Shown: positions 10,014 to 19,068, counted from the first letter of the stretch. The stretch is DNA of 60,705 bases from Anaerolineae bacterium (GCA_025454475.1 JALOOJ010000003.1:1-60705); one strand, 5' to 3'. Program-made: numbers and translations. The notes: generated by a model from the letters alone, not told the origin.

Positions 10014-11171
10014 TCAGCAGATGCGCGGAAGCTGGGCGCCCGCCAGCATCTGGATGATGCGCCGTGCACCGTAAGGTGTCTCCAGCGTCACACGCCCGCG
10101 GTGAGCCGCCGTCACCGTACCGATGGCTGCCGCGTCTCGCCCAAGCGGGTGTTCGCGCAGGATCGCCAGAGCCCTGTCGGTGCTCGCGCCCTCGACCGCG
10201 ATGACGACCTTGCCCTCATTCGCCGCGTAGAGCGGGTCCAGGCCGAGGAACTCGCACGCCGCCCGAACCTCCTCACGGACCGGGATCTGCGCTTCGATGA
10301 GCTCGATCCCGACCCCCGCGGCCTCAGCCCACTCGTTGAGCACCGTGGCAAGACCCCCACGCGTGGCATCGCGCATCCAATGGACCTGAGTGGGTAGCCC
10401 AGTCAGGAGCGCTTCGATGAGGGCGTTGAGGGGAGCGGTGTCGCTCTCAAGGCTGGATCGAAAGGTGAGCCCTTCCCGCTGGATCATAACCGCCAGCCCG
10501 TGGTCGCCGACGGTGCCGTTGACCAGGAGCGCGTCGCCTGGTTGCAGCCTCTGGGGGCCGAGCTCAAGGCCGGGCGGGATCACCCCAACCCCTGCGGTGT
10601 TGATGAACAGGCCGTCCGCCGCGCCACGACCAACCACCTTGGTGTCACCCGTCACGATCCGCACACCTGCTTCGCGCGCGGTCGTGGCCATACTGACGAC
10701 GATGCGCTCCAGATCCTCGATGGGCAGACCCTCCTCAAGGATAAACCCCGCGGTCAGGTAGAGTGGGCGTGCGCCCATCACAGCGAGATCGTTGACCGTC
10801 CCGCACACAGCCAGCTCGCCTATGTCGCCACCCGGGAAGAAGAGCGGCTGTACGACGTACGAGTCCGTGGTGAGGGCCACCCGGCCTTCTGGCAGCTCGT
10901 CGAGAATCGCGGAGTCGGCCATCTCGTTCAGAAGCGGATTGGCGAACGCACGCACAAAGACATCCTGTATGAGCTCGTGGCTCAGCTCCCCTCCGCTGCC
11001 ATGCGCAAGCAGGACGCGGAGTCGATGTTGGACGCCTGATGTTGGATGTCGGATGCCGGAAGCTGGAAGCCGAGTATCGGCGGCAGCCTGCAAGCTCTCG
11101 ATTACCCCATTCTCCGATTCCTGATTCCCCATTCTCCGATTCGCCTTTTCGCTCATTCGCTCACTCGCCAT
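10014..11171 (-). CDS. hypE: Hydrogenase maturation protein HypE with repeat-derived N-terminal extension (start uncertain: 11171, 11156 or 11132)
   Basis: LAHGSGG, TTDSYVV.PLFFPGGDIG.LAVCGTVNDLA, DATRGG, ANEGK, C-terminal QLPRIC. Confidence 0.95.
   Translation of the reverse strand: MASERMSEKANRRMGNQESENGVIESLQAAADTRLPASGIRHPTSGVQHRLRVLLAHGSGGELSHELIQDVFVRAFANPLLNEMADSAILDELPEGRVALTTDSYVVQPLFFPGGDIGELAVCGTVNDLAVMGARPLYLTAGFILEEGLPIEDLERIVVSMATTAREAGVRIVTGDTKVVGRGAADGLFINTAGVGVIPPGLELGPQRLQPGDALLVNGTVGDHGLAVMIQREGLTFRSSLESDTAPLNALIEALLTGLPTQVHWMRDATRGGLATVLNEWAEAAGVGIELIEAQIPVREEVRAACEFLGLDPLYAANEGKVVIAVEGASTDRALAILREHPLGRDAAAIGTVTAAHRGRVTLETPYGARRIIQMLAGAQLPRIC
11042..11169. repeat. Composite 7/8-mer micro-repeat element in the hypE 5' end
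   Basis: Heptamers TTGGATG TCGGATG CCGGAAG CTGGAAG (11042-11069), then (C/G)ATTC-core 7/8-mers and TTCGCTCA octamers (11105-11169). Confidence 0.85.
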
Positions 11172-12261
11172 ACTTGTAGAACGCAGCACACGCGCCCTCG
11201 GCGCTGACCATACAGGGGCCGATAGGATTACGCGGCGTGCAGACCCGCCGAAAGAGACCGCAGGCGCTCGGGGCGATCACACCGCGCAGCACCTCACCGC
11301 AGCGGCATCCCTTGGGCTCCGCGACCGACGCAACTTCCACGGGAAAGCGCAGCGCGGCATCGCGGTGCGCATAGGCAGTGTTTAGGGTGAGTCCACTGGT
11401 GGGAATCTCACCAAAGCCACGCCACGCAGCCGCACGCACATCGAACACCTGATCGAGCAGGCGCAGGGCCACAGGGTTGCCCCCTGGCTGGACGCTACGA
11501 GCATAGGTATTGAAGACGCCCGGCGCCTTGTCTGCGGCAGCATGGACCAGGGCCGCGATGGCGCTCAGCAGATCCAGCGGCTCGAAGCCGGCGACCGCAC
11601 ACGGGATACCGTAGTCTTCGGGCAGGAAAGCCCAGGCATCGCTGCCGATGACGGCGCTGACGTGCCCAGGGCCGATGATCCCATCGAGCGCGACCTCTCC
11701 CGCATCGAGTATCGCGCGCATCGCCGGAGGCGTGAGCTTGTGCAGGCTGAGTACACTGAAATTCGGGGTTCCTGCCCTCTCCGCCTGTAGCAGGGCGGCG
11801 GCCACCCCCGGAGCCGTCGTCTCAAAGCCCACGCCGAGGAAGATGACCTGCCGGTCGGGATTGGTCTGGGCTAGAGCCAGCGCATCCAGCGGCGAGTAGA
11901 TGACACGAACATCGGCCCCACCGGCGCTCAGCTGCTGGAGAGTTCCACGGCTGCCCGGCACGCGCACCATGTCGCCAAAGGTGGTGAGGATGACATCCGG
12001 TTGCGCGTCCGCAAGCGCCATCGCAACATCCAGATCACGCGATGCCGTCACGCACACTGGGCAACCGGGCCCCGAATGCAGCTCGACATCCCCCGCGAGC
12101 GTCTGGCGCAGGCCAAAGTGGAAGATCGCGTGCGTGTGCCCCCCGCAGAACTCCATCAAGCGCACCGGGCGGATGTCGGGGTGTGCGGCGACCTCGCGCT
12201 TGATCTGAGCGATCAACCGCCGCGCCAATGCCGGGTCGCGGAACTCATCAATGAGCTTCAT
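11161..12261 (-). CDS. hypD: Hydrogenase maturation protein HypD
   Basis: MEFCGGHTH, GPGCPVC, GFETTAP, GPGHVS, GFEP, PIGPCMVSAEGAC. Confidence 0.97.
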   Translation of the reverse strand: MKLIDEFRDPALARRLIAQIKREVAAHPDIRPVRLMEFCGGHTHAIFHFGLRQTLAGDVELHSGPGCPVCVTASRDLDVAMALADAQPDVILTTFGDMVRVPGSRGTLQQLSAGGADVRVIYSPLDALALAQTNPDRQVIFLGVGFETTAPGVAAALLQAERAGTPNFSVLSLHKLTPPAMRAILDAGEVALDGIIGPGHVSAVIGSDAWAFLPEDYGIPCAVAGFEPLDLLSAIAALVHAAADKAPGVFNTYARSVQPGGNPVALRLLDQVFDVRAAAWRGFGEIPTSGLTLNTAYAHRDAALRFPVEVASVAEPKGCRCGEVLRGVIAPSACGLFRRVCTPRNPIGPCMVSAEGACAAFYKYGE

Positions 12262-12548
12262 TCCCGTGGTCGGCTCCCGGATGCCCGCAGTGCGGCCTCC
12301 TCGGCCTCCATAGCTTCCTGGATTCGTGCCAACTCGGCAAAGGCTTCCAGGGACGCCTCAGCTTCCTCAGTATCCATCAACGAGATCGCATAGCCCGTAT
12401 GCACGAGCACATAGTCGCCGACCTTTGCTTCAGGGGTCATGATGAGACTGACTTGCCGGGTGACGCCACCAAGCTCGACGGTCGCCAGGATTCCGATCCC
12501 GCCATCCGGGCTGATCTCGATTATCTGAGTGGGTATCGCTAGACACAT
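12258..12548 (-). CDS. hypC: Hydrogenase chaperone HypC
   Basis: N-terminal MCLAIP; VGDYVLVHTGYAI. Confidence 0.96.
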   Translation of the reverse strand: MCLAIPTQIIEISPDGGIGILATVELGGVTRQVSLIMTPEAKVGDYVLVHTGYAISLMDTEEAEASLEAFAELARIQEAMEAEEAALRASGSRPRE

Positions 12549-12556
12549 AGGAACTC

Positions 12557-15193
12557 CTATCGTGAGTACTCGAACGCGACCATGGCAGCCTGTCCGAGTG
12601 AGATGCCACCGTCATTGGGTGGCACATGGCGATGCGTCAGAACCTCGAAACCGGCGCCGACCAACCGCGGCACCGTGAGGGCAAGGAGGAGCCGGTTCTG
12701 GAACACACCGCCACTCAGAGCAACCGTAGTACTGCCGGTAGTCTCTCGCACGAGACCCGTCACCGACACAACCATATCCGCCACCGTGACGTGGAAACGC
12801 ATGGCAATCTCAGCGGTAGAGACTTCACGCTCCAGATCGTCCAGGATCGCGTCGAAGAGCCGCGCGAGCCGGATCTGAAGCGGGGAAAGGGGAATCACAG
12901 AACCAAGGAATCGAGTATCCGGAATCAGGGGAGAAACGGCGGCATCCACGCTGTAAGGATAGGGCGACAAGCCAGGATCGGCGCGCGTCCAGGCGACCGG
13001 CACCGACTGCTCAAGTTCAATCGCGGCCTGCGCCTCATAGGTCGCCTCGTGGCAGATGCCCAGCAGCGCACTGACCGCGTCAAACAGCCGCCCCATCGAG
13101 GATGTCCTGGGTGTGTTCACCGCGCGGTCGACCATCGTCCGCACGCGCATCACATCGGCGGGGCAGAACTGGCCCAGAGGCAATCGCTCGTCCATCCCTA
13201 ACGCGTGCAGATAGGCTGCGGCGACGCGCCATGGATGATGGATAGCAGCATCGCCGCCGGGCAGCGGCAGGTATTCGAGCTGCGCTACCCGCTGGAAGCC
13301 TGCGTAGCCGCCCACCATCCACTCGCCCCCCCAAATGGCGCCATCGGTCCCGTAGCCCGTGCCGTCCAGCGCTACACCGATCACGGGATCGGAATCCTTA
13401 ACGGGATCGGAATATCCGGGGCGCCCATTGTCCGCAAGACACGCAGCGATGTGGGCTTCGTGGTGCTGAACACGGCGCGGCGCCGGGAGTCCGTGCTCAA
13501 GGGCGAACGCTGTGGCAAGACGCGTGCTCATGTAGTCCGGGTGCAAATCGCAGACGACGTATTCCGGTTCGATGCGGAACAATCGCTGATAGGTCGCGAG
13601 CGCAGCCTCATAGTGCTCAAGCGTTTCCAGATTCTCCAAGTCCCCGATATGCTGGCTCACAAACGCATAGTCATCTCGGAGTAGGGCGAACGTGTTCTTC
13701 AGCAGAGGCCCGACAGCATAAATCTGTGGCCCTTTGAAAGGCAGCCGGATCGGAAAAGGCGCATACCCCCGCGCACGCCGCACGAACTGGATTCTGAAAG
13801 CCGGTTGCTGGGTAACGGACGCAGGCGGCTTGGTCCCGGCACTCGGCTCCTCAGTTCCGCATTCCTGATTCGCTGGTTCTCCGATTCTTGATTCGCTGAG
13901 CTGCACCACCGAGTCGTCGTACCGCGCCTGGATGTCGCGGTTGTGGAGTAGGAATGCGTCTGCCAGCGGCGCGAGGCGGCGGAGCGCCTCATCATTGTCC
14001 TTCGCGATGGGTTCCTCGGAGAGGTTTCCGCTGGTCATGACCAGTGGGCGCCCGACATCGCGGAGAAGGATATGGTGCAGCGGCGTGTAGGGCAGCATCA
14101 CGCCCAGCGTGTCGCTATTGGGCGATACCCCGGTGGCGATCGCAGCATCGGGCCGCGCGTCGAGCAGCACGATGGGGCTCTCAGGTGAGGTCAATAACGC
14201 TTCCGCCTCCGACGGCACGTCACACAGCGCCCTGGCTTCTTCAATCGTGCTAACCATTAGCGCAAACGGCTTCGCCGGGCGCCGCTTGCGCTCCCGCAGC
14301 CGTGCCACCGCCTCAGGATTGGTAGCATCACACGCCAACTGGAACCCACCCAGCCCCTTAACCGCAAGTATCCTGCCGTCCACAAGCAGCGCCGCGGCGC
14401 GGGCGAGCGCATTGTCTCCCAGCTGGATGCTGGATGGTGGATGGTGGATGCTCGATGCCGGAAGCCGGATACCGGCTTCCGGATGCCAGGACCCAGCCTC
14501 TAGCTTCAGATTGCCGGCTTCTGGAGTCTTGATGCTTGATTCTCCGATTCCCGATTCCGCGATTCGTCTGGCCGCTTTTTCGCTTGCTCGCTCACTCGCC
14601 TCCTCCAGCCAGACCTGCGGCCCGCACACAGGGCAGGCATTGGGCTGCGCGTGAAAGCGACGGTTCGCCGGATCCTCGTATTCTGCCTGGCAGTCCGGGC
14701 ACATCGGGAAATCCCGCATCGTGGTGTTGGGCCGGTCGTAGGGGATGTCAGCGATGATCGTGAACCGCGGGCCGCAGTTTGTGCAGTTGGTGAAGGGATA
14801 ACGATACCGCCGATCCGCGGGATCAAGCAACTCTCGCAGGCAGTCGGGGCAGGTGGCGACGTCCGGTGAGATGAGCTGGTAACGCCCCTCCTGGCTCTCC
14901 GAATGGCGGATCTCGAAGCCCACATAGCCTTGAAGATCAATCGGGCGCGCCTCGATCGACTCTATGTGCGAGAGGGGTGGCGCCTTCGCTTGCAGGTCGG
15001 CGATGAAAGTCGCGACCTGCGCCGCCGTCCCCTCCAACTCGATATCGACGCCCCCCGAGTGGTTGAGCACCCAGCCCGAAAGCATCAGCCGGCTCGCCAG
15101 GTTGTAGACAAAGGGCCGGAAACCCACGCCCTGCACGACGCCCGTGACCGCGATGTGCTGGGCGACAGGATCCTGCAAGTGATTGGGTCTCAC
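12557..15193 (-). CDS. hypF: Carbamoyltransferase HypF with several in-frame low-complexity insertions (878 aa)
   Basis: Acylphosphatase GVVQGVGFRPF; Zn fingers CPDC/CTNCGPR/CPDC/CPVCGP; KGLGGFQLACDA; RRARGYAP; QHHEAH; DGTGYG; PPNDGGISLGQ. Confidence 0.97.
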   Translation of the reverse strand: MRPNHLQDPVAQHIAVTGVVQGVGFRPFVYNLASRLMLSGWVLNHSGGVDIELEGTAAQVATFIADLQAKAPPLSHIESIEARPIDLQGYVGFEIRHSESQEGRYQLISPDVATCPDCLRELLDPADRRYRYPFTNCTNCGPRFTIIADIPYDRPNTTMRDFPMCPDCQAEYEDPANRRFHAQPNACPVCGPQVWLEEASERASEKAARRIAESGIGESSIKTPEAGNLKLEAGSWHPEAGIRLPASSIHHPPSSIQLGDNALARAAALLVDGRILAVKGLGGFQLACDATNPEAVARLRERKRRPAKPFALMVSTIEEARALCDVPSEAEALLTSPESPIVLLDARPDAAIATGVSPNSDTLGVMLPYTPLHHILLRDVGRPLVMTSGNLSEEPIAKDNDEALRRLAPLADAFLLHNRDIQARYDDSVVQLSESRIGEPANQECGTEEPSAGTKPPASVTQQPAFRIQFVRRARGYAPFPIRLPFKGPQIYAVGPLLKNTFALLRDDYAFVSQHIGDLENLETLEHYEAALATYQRLFRIEPEYVVCDLHPDYMSTRLATAFALEHGLPAPRRVQHHEAHIAACLADNGRPGYSDPVKDSDPVIGVALDGTGYGTDGAIWGGEWMVGGYAGFQRVAQLEYLPLPGGDAAIHHPWRVAAAYLHALGMDERLPLGQFCPADVMRVRTMVDRAVNTPRTSSMGRLFDAVSALLGICHEATYEAQAAIELEQSVPVAWTRADPGLSPYPYSVDAAVSPLIPDTRFLGSVIPLSPLQIRLARLFDAILDDLEREVSTAEIAMRFHVTVADMVVSVTGLVRETTGSTTVALSGGVFQNRLLLALTVPRLVGAGFEVLTHRHVPPNDGGISLGQAAMVAFEYSR
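12882..12940. repeat. GGAATC-core micro-repeat segment inside hypF (opposite orientation to the other inserts)
   Basis: GGAATC occurs three times within GGGGAATCACAGAACCAAGGAATCGAGTATCCGGAATCAGGGG. Confidence 0.6.
13383..13413. repeat. In-frame tandem duplication (period 18 nt) inside hypF
   Basis: ACGGGATCGGAAT at 13383-13395 and 13401-13413; peptide YSDPVKDSDPVIG. Confidence 0.75.
13855..13900. repeat. GATTC-core micro-repeat array inside hypF
   Basis: ATTCCTGATTCGCTGGTTCTCCGATTCTTGATTCGCTGAG. Confidence 0.75.
14423..14600. repeat. Composite 7/8-mer micro-repeat element inserted in frame in hypF
   Basis: About 9-10 tandem heptamers CTGGATG CTGGATG GTGGATG GTGGATG CTCGATG CCGGAAG CCGGATA CCGGCTT CCGGATG, then GATTC-core repeats, then TTTTCGCTTGCTCGCTCACTCGCC. 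Confidence 0.88.
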
Positions 15194-15861
15194 CCCCGCC
15201 CCAACTTATCCTCCAGCCACGCGATCCAATCCCCTATCCCTTCACCGGTCTTGGCTGAGACAACGATGATAGGGATGGTGGGGTTGAGGCCATGTACCAG
15301 TTCACGGAAGGTGTCGACCTCGAAGTCCAGGTAAGGCAGCAGATCCGACTTGGTCACCACGACCAGGTCGACGGCCTCGAAGATCGCAGGATACTTGTAG
15401 GGTTTGTCATGCCCCTCGGGCACACTGATCAAGCCGACGTTGAAGTCCTGCCCCAGGTCGAAGGAGACCGGACAGATCAAGTTACCGACGTTCTCGACCA
15501 GGACCAAGTCAAGGTCCTCCAAGGGAAGGGCCTGCACTGCATGGCGAATCATAGGCGCGTCGAGATGACAGGCGCCACCAGTGTTGATCTGCACGACTGG
15601 CGTGCCCGTCGTGGCAATCTTGTCGGCGTCGATTTGGGATGCGACATCGCCTTCGATAACGCCGAGCCTGTGCCCGGCTAATGCCGCGATGGTAGCCATG
15701 AGCAGCGTCGTCTTCCCCGCGCCTGGGGAGGCCATAATGTTGAAGACCTTGACGTCATGCGACCTGAACTGCACTCGGTTGTCGGCGGCGACCTCCTCAT
15801 TGGCAGTCAACAACCGCTCGACGACAGGCACACGATTTGAGATGGCTTGGTTGTCTGACAT
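15190..15861 (-). CDS. hypB: Hydrogenase nickel incorporation GTPase HypB
   Basis: ASPGAGKTTL, VIEGD, QINTGGACHLDA, ENVGNLICP, KYP, TKSDL, VSAKTGEG. Confidence 0.96.
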   Translation of the reverse strand: MSDNQAISNRVPVVERLLTANEEVAADNRVQFRSHDVKVFNIMASPGAGKTTLLMATIAALAGHRLGVIEGDVASQIDADKIATTGTPVVQINTGGACHLDAPMIRHAVQALPLEDLDLVLVENVGNLICPVSFDLGQDFNVGLISVPEGHDKPYKYPAIFEAVDLVVVTKSDLLPYLDFEVDTFRELVHGLNPTIPIIVVSAKTGEGIGDWIAWLEDKLGRG

Positions 15862-15885
15862 GGGTGTTACCTCCTGGGCCTCAGA

Positions 15886-16230
15886 TCACGAGGTGATCTC
15901 GATACTCTCGACGTAGAACTCTTTTCCGGCAACGACATCACCGCCCAACGCCTGGCACGATGGACAATGCCAATCCTGTCCATCAGGCTCGAACTCCTGT
16001 CCGCACTTCCGGCAACGGAATCGGATCCTGATCCGCTCGAAATGCAGGGACGCGCCCTCCGCGATGGTGTTTGGCGTGAGAAGGTCGAAGTAGAACTGGA
16101 TCGAGTCATCGATGAAGCTGCTCAACTCGCCGATCACAAGATGGATGTCGGTGACCTTCTTGGCTCCCCCACGCTCGGCGTGGTCCTTGACGATGCGGAG
16201 GATATCCTCCGTAACAGCCATCTCATGCAT
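15886..16230 (-). CDS. hypA: Hydrogenase nickel metallochaperone HypA
   Basis: MHEMAV start; FRCRKC and CPSC Zn motifs; GKEFYVESIE. Confidence 0.96.
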   Translation of the reverse strand: MHEMAVTEDILRIVKDHAERGGAKKVTDIHLVIGELSSFIDDSIQFYFDLLTPNTIAEGASLHFERIRIRFRCRKCGQEFEPDGQDWHCPSCQALGGDVVAGKEFYVESIEITS

Positions 16231-16789
16231 GGCTGGACTCCTGTACTGGCGTTCTAGGCCGCACTGCAGGCGCTCCTGAGAGCCCCAGGATGCGGTCTAC
16301 AGCAGGATCGACCAGCTCCGCAGTCTCAGCCGACAGACCCTGGCCGAAGTCAAAATCGTGGCCCAACAGGGACAAGAGAATTGCGCGCGGCGCCTTGTCG
16401 TAGAGATGCATCGTCAAGGCCAGCACGGTTGACGGGTGAGTCTGGTGATAGACGAAGGGCGCCCGATAGGCAACCTCGAGGCTCTCCTCATGGATCGATT
16501 CGGGGATACCCGATGCGACATGGGCATCAACGAAGATCACCAGGTCGTAGTGTTGCAGATCCTCGGCAAGTTCAGGAACCAGTTGGTGAAGGACAACCGT
16601 ATCAATGGGGTGGCCCAAATCCTCAAAGCCATCATCCATCTCATCCAGAGGAGGGCGTCCCAGCCGTTCGCGCAGAACGTTGACGACGAAGCGGGCGACG
16701 CCATCGTCGCGGCGGTAGAGGTTGCCAAAACCAGCGACCAGAGTGCGTCTATCTGTTTTGTCTAGAGACTCGATCAAATGTTTCCTCAA
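16223..16789 (-). CDS. Hydrogenase maturation endopeptidase (HoxW/HyaD-like); start may be TTG 16777
   Basis: LVAGFGNLYRRDDGVA, HQLVPELAEDL, VIFVDA, HQTHP; located between hoxH and hypA. Confidence 0.88.
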   Translation of the reverse strand: MRKHLIESLDKTDRRTLVAGFGNLYRRDDGVARFVVNVLRERLGRPPLDEMDDGFEDLGHPIDTVVLHQLVPELAEDLQHYDLVIFVDAHVASGIPESIHEESLEVAYRAPFVYHQTHPSTVLALTMHLYDKAPRAILLSLLGHDFDFGQGLSAETAELVDPAVDRILGLSGAPAVRPRTPVQESSHA

Positions 16790-16965
16790 TCGTAGAGTCG
16801 CGCCGCCAGCTCAAACCCTAGCTGTAAGCGCGATTATTCACAATGTTATCTGGTTTTGGCGGAGCTTCAAGGGCTCAATGGCCTCGACAGTATGTCGGCA
16901 CAGACCCAGCCTCGCCGCCCAGGTGCCGTGCTCACGGAAGCTGCACGGCGCCCAGACTATAGCAT

Positions 16966-17020
16966 CAGAAGCCTCCGCGGCCTGGACGAATTGGTATTCG
17001 TCTCGCCACGGAGGCTTCTG
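16966..17020. other. Long intergenic hairpin downstream of hoxH
   Basis: Perfect 12-bp stem CAGAAGCCTCCG/CGGAGGCTTCTG enclosing inner stem GACGAA/TTCGTC. Confidence 0.65.
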
Positions 17021-17071
17021 TTGTCGCGTTACCTTGGCCTTTGAAGTGGGCCCGCGCCCAATCACGTGGCG

Positions 17072-18505
17072 CTAGTCGCGACGCAACGTGTCCAGGACCT
17101 CGCCATCCGGCCCCACCAACTCGATGTGTAAAGGCATCTGACCCATCGCGTGAGTCGAGCAGGAGAGGCACGGGTCATGGGCGCGGATTGCGCCCTCGAC
17201 ACGGTTCAGCATCCCTTCCTGGAGGTGGTTGCCATCTACGTAACGCCTGGCTACCATATTCACCGAATGATTCATCGCCCAGGCATTCCCGGCTGTCGCC
17301 ACGATCATATTGACTTTGGTGATCACGCCATTGTCATCGGTCCAGTAGTGATGGAACAGCGTACCACGCGGCGCCTCCAGAACGCCAACACCCTCGCCCG
17401 TGATCTGCCCGACCGGGTTGGTCACATCGTTGCCGAGGATATCGGGGTCGTCCATGAGTTCTCTCACCCGCTCAAGGGCGTAGACCGTCTCGATCAGTCG
17501 CGCATAGTGATAGTAGAGCGTTCCCTCGACTGGCTTCCCACCGTTAAGCGACTTCCAGATCTTCATCTCGCTCTGTGCGATCGGGGTGCTTATGTGACTC
17601 GCGGTGTTGAGGCGACCCAAAGGGCCAACGCGATAGACGCCGTCGGGATAGCCCCGCTTCTTGTAAAAAGGCGCCTTCAGATAGGTGTAATTGTTGACAT
17701 GCTCGCCAATGTAGTTGAGGTAGTCACTAGGATCAAACTCCTCAAGAAACGCGCCGTCAGAGTCCACCATCCGCAGATTGCCATGATAGAGCTCCAAGGC
17801 ACCATCGGCCTGAACCAGGCCCATATAGCCGCTGGGGAACACAGCGAACTCGTTGACCATCTCCGCGTGACCCATTGCCCAGTCCTTGAAGAACTCAAGG
17901 CCAACCTGAGTCGTAGCGATGTGCCGATCGAGCTCGCTCAGGATCCACTCGCGGTCCGCAGCGAGCAGCGGCTTGGTCACACCGCCGGGCACGCCGAAGA
18001 TCGGATGCACACGGCGCTCACCCAACAGCTTGATGATCTTCTGACCATAGGCACGGAGCTGCACAGCCTTCACTGCCAGATCCGGGTTCGCAGCGACGAT
18101 GCCACCGACGTGGCGAATCTTCGGATCTGCATCCCAACCCAACACAAAGTCCGGGCCGGCAAGCTCGAAGAAATGCATCCCGTGTGACTGGATGACCTGC
18201 CCCATATGCATCAGGTCACGCAGCTTGTGCGCAGTCGGCGTTGGGACGGTGCCAGCAACCACGTCACAGGCTTTCGTAGACGCCAGGTGGTGGCTAACGG
18301 GGCAGATGCCACACGTCCGGGGCGTGATTTGGGGCATTTCGTAGAACATCCGCCCCTCGCTGAACTTCTCAAACCCGCGGAATTGCTCAACATGAAACAG
18401 GGAATCCGCGACCTTTCCCTGATCGTCAAGGTAAATCGTGATCTTCGCATGACCCTCAATACGAGTCACCGGAGAGATTGTGATCTTCTGCGCGCTAACT
18501 GCCAT
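17072..18505 (-). CDS. hoxH: [NiFe] hydrogenase large subunit, group 3d (HoxH-like)
   Basis: VTRIEGH; L1 PRTCGICPVSH; EAPRGTLFHHY; L2 DPCLSCSTH followed by a 25-aa cleavable extension AMGQMPL... Confidence 0.92.
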   Translation of the reverse strand: MAVSAQKITISPVTRIEGHAKITIYLDDQGKVADSLFHVEQFRGFEKFSEGRMFYEMPQITPRTCGICPVSHHLASTKACDVVAGTVPTPTAHKLRDLMHMGQVIQSHGMHFFELAGPDFVLGWDADPKIRHVGGIVAANPDLAVKAVQLRAYGQKIIKLLGERRVHPIFGVPGGVTKPLLAADREWILSELDRHIATTQVGLEFFKDWAMGHAEMVNEFAVFPSGYMGLVQADGALELYHGNLRMVDSDGAFLEEFDPSDYLNYIGEHVNNYTYLKAPFYKKRGYPDGVYRVGPLGRLNTASHISTPIAQSEMKIWKSLNGGKPVEGTLYYHYARLIETVYALERVRELMDDPDILGNDVTNPVGQITGEGVGVLEAPRGTLFHHYWTDDNGVITKVNMIVATAGNAWAMNHSVNMVARRYVDGNHLQEGMLNRVEGAIRAHDPCLSCSTHAMGQMPLHIELVGPDGEVLDTLRRD

Positions 18506-18510
18506 ATTGG

Positions 18511-19068
18511 TTACCCTCCATCACTTCCGTACTTCAACACATTACCTTCCAGCTTGGGCATCCGGCCTTCCAACAATTCGGTCAAAACAAACCAGATGGC
18601 GTCGGCTGAGGGGGGGCAACCCGGCAGGTATATATCCACAGGAACCACATCGCCCACACCTGAGACCTGATCTGTAAGCGGCGTTAGCTCCTCATGGACA
18701 GGAATCTCACCATCGACGGTGCTCTCCGACTCGATATAGCCGCGGCGCAGGACCTCCTCCTTGTCGAAGAAGTTGCGCATCGTGCAGATCCCGCCAGTCA
18801 CCGCACAGTCACCCATAGCGATCAGGATCTTGCACCGCTCGCGCATCAGCTTGGCCTCGTGGATTTCGTCCTCGTTGCCAATTCCGCCAGTCAGGATCCC
18901 AACAACAACCCCCTCCTCCGGTGGATGCTTCATGTCAGTAATCGGCGAAGAACTGAGCTCAACATACTTCAGAAGCTCAACGATCCTCTCGTCGATATCC
19001 AGAAAGGACATGTGGCAGCCAGCACATGACTCAAGCCACTGTGTCGCAACAGTAATCTTCTCACCCAT
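18511..19068 (-). CDS. hoxY: [NiFe] hydrogenase small subunit (HoxY-like, single proximal cluster)
   Basis: WLESCAGCHMSFLD, MGDCAVTGG, YLPGCPP. Confidence 0.9.
   Translation of the reverse strand: MGEKITVATQWLESCAGCHMSFLDIDERIVELLKYVELSSSPITDMKHPPEEGVVVGILTGGIGNEDEIHEAKLMRERCKILIAMGDCAVTGGICTMRNFFDKEEVLRRGYIESESTVDGEIPVHEELTPLTDQVSGVGDVVPVDIYLPGCPPSADAIWFVLTELLEGRMPKLEGNVLKYGSDGG

Noticed and set aside
14423-14600. CRISPR array or intein interpretation of the hypF/hypE repeats
   Set aside because: Units are 7-8 nt with no spacers and no cas genes; no intein splice residues (C/S start, HN end) flank the inserts.
16828-16845. TTGTGAA half-site resembling a Rex operator upstream of the maturation genes
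   Set aside because: The second half of the palindrome is missing.
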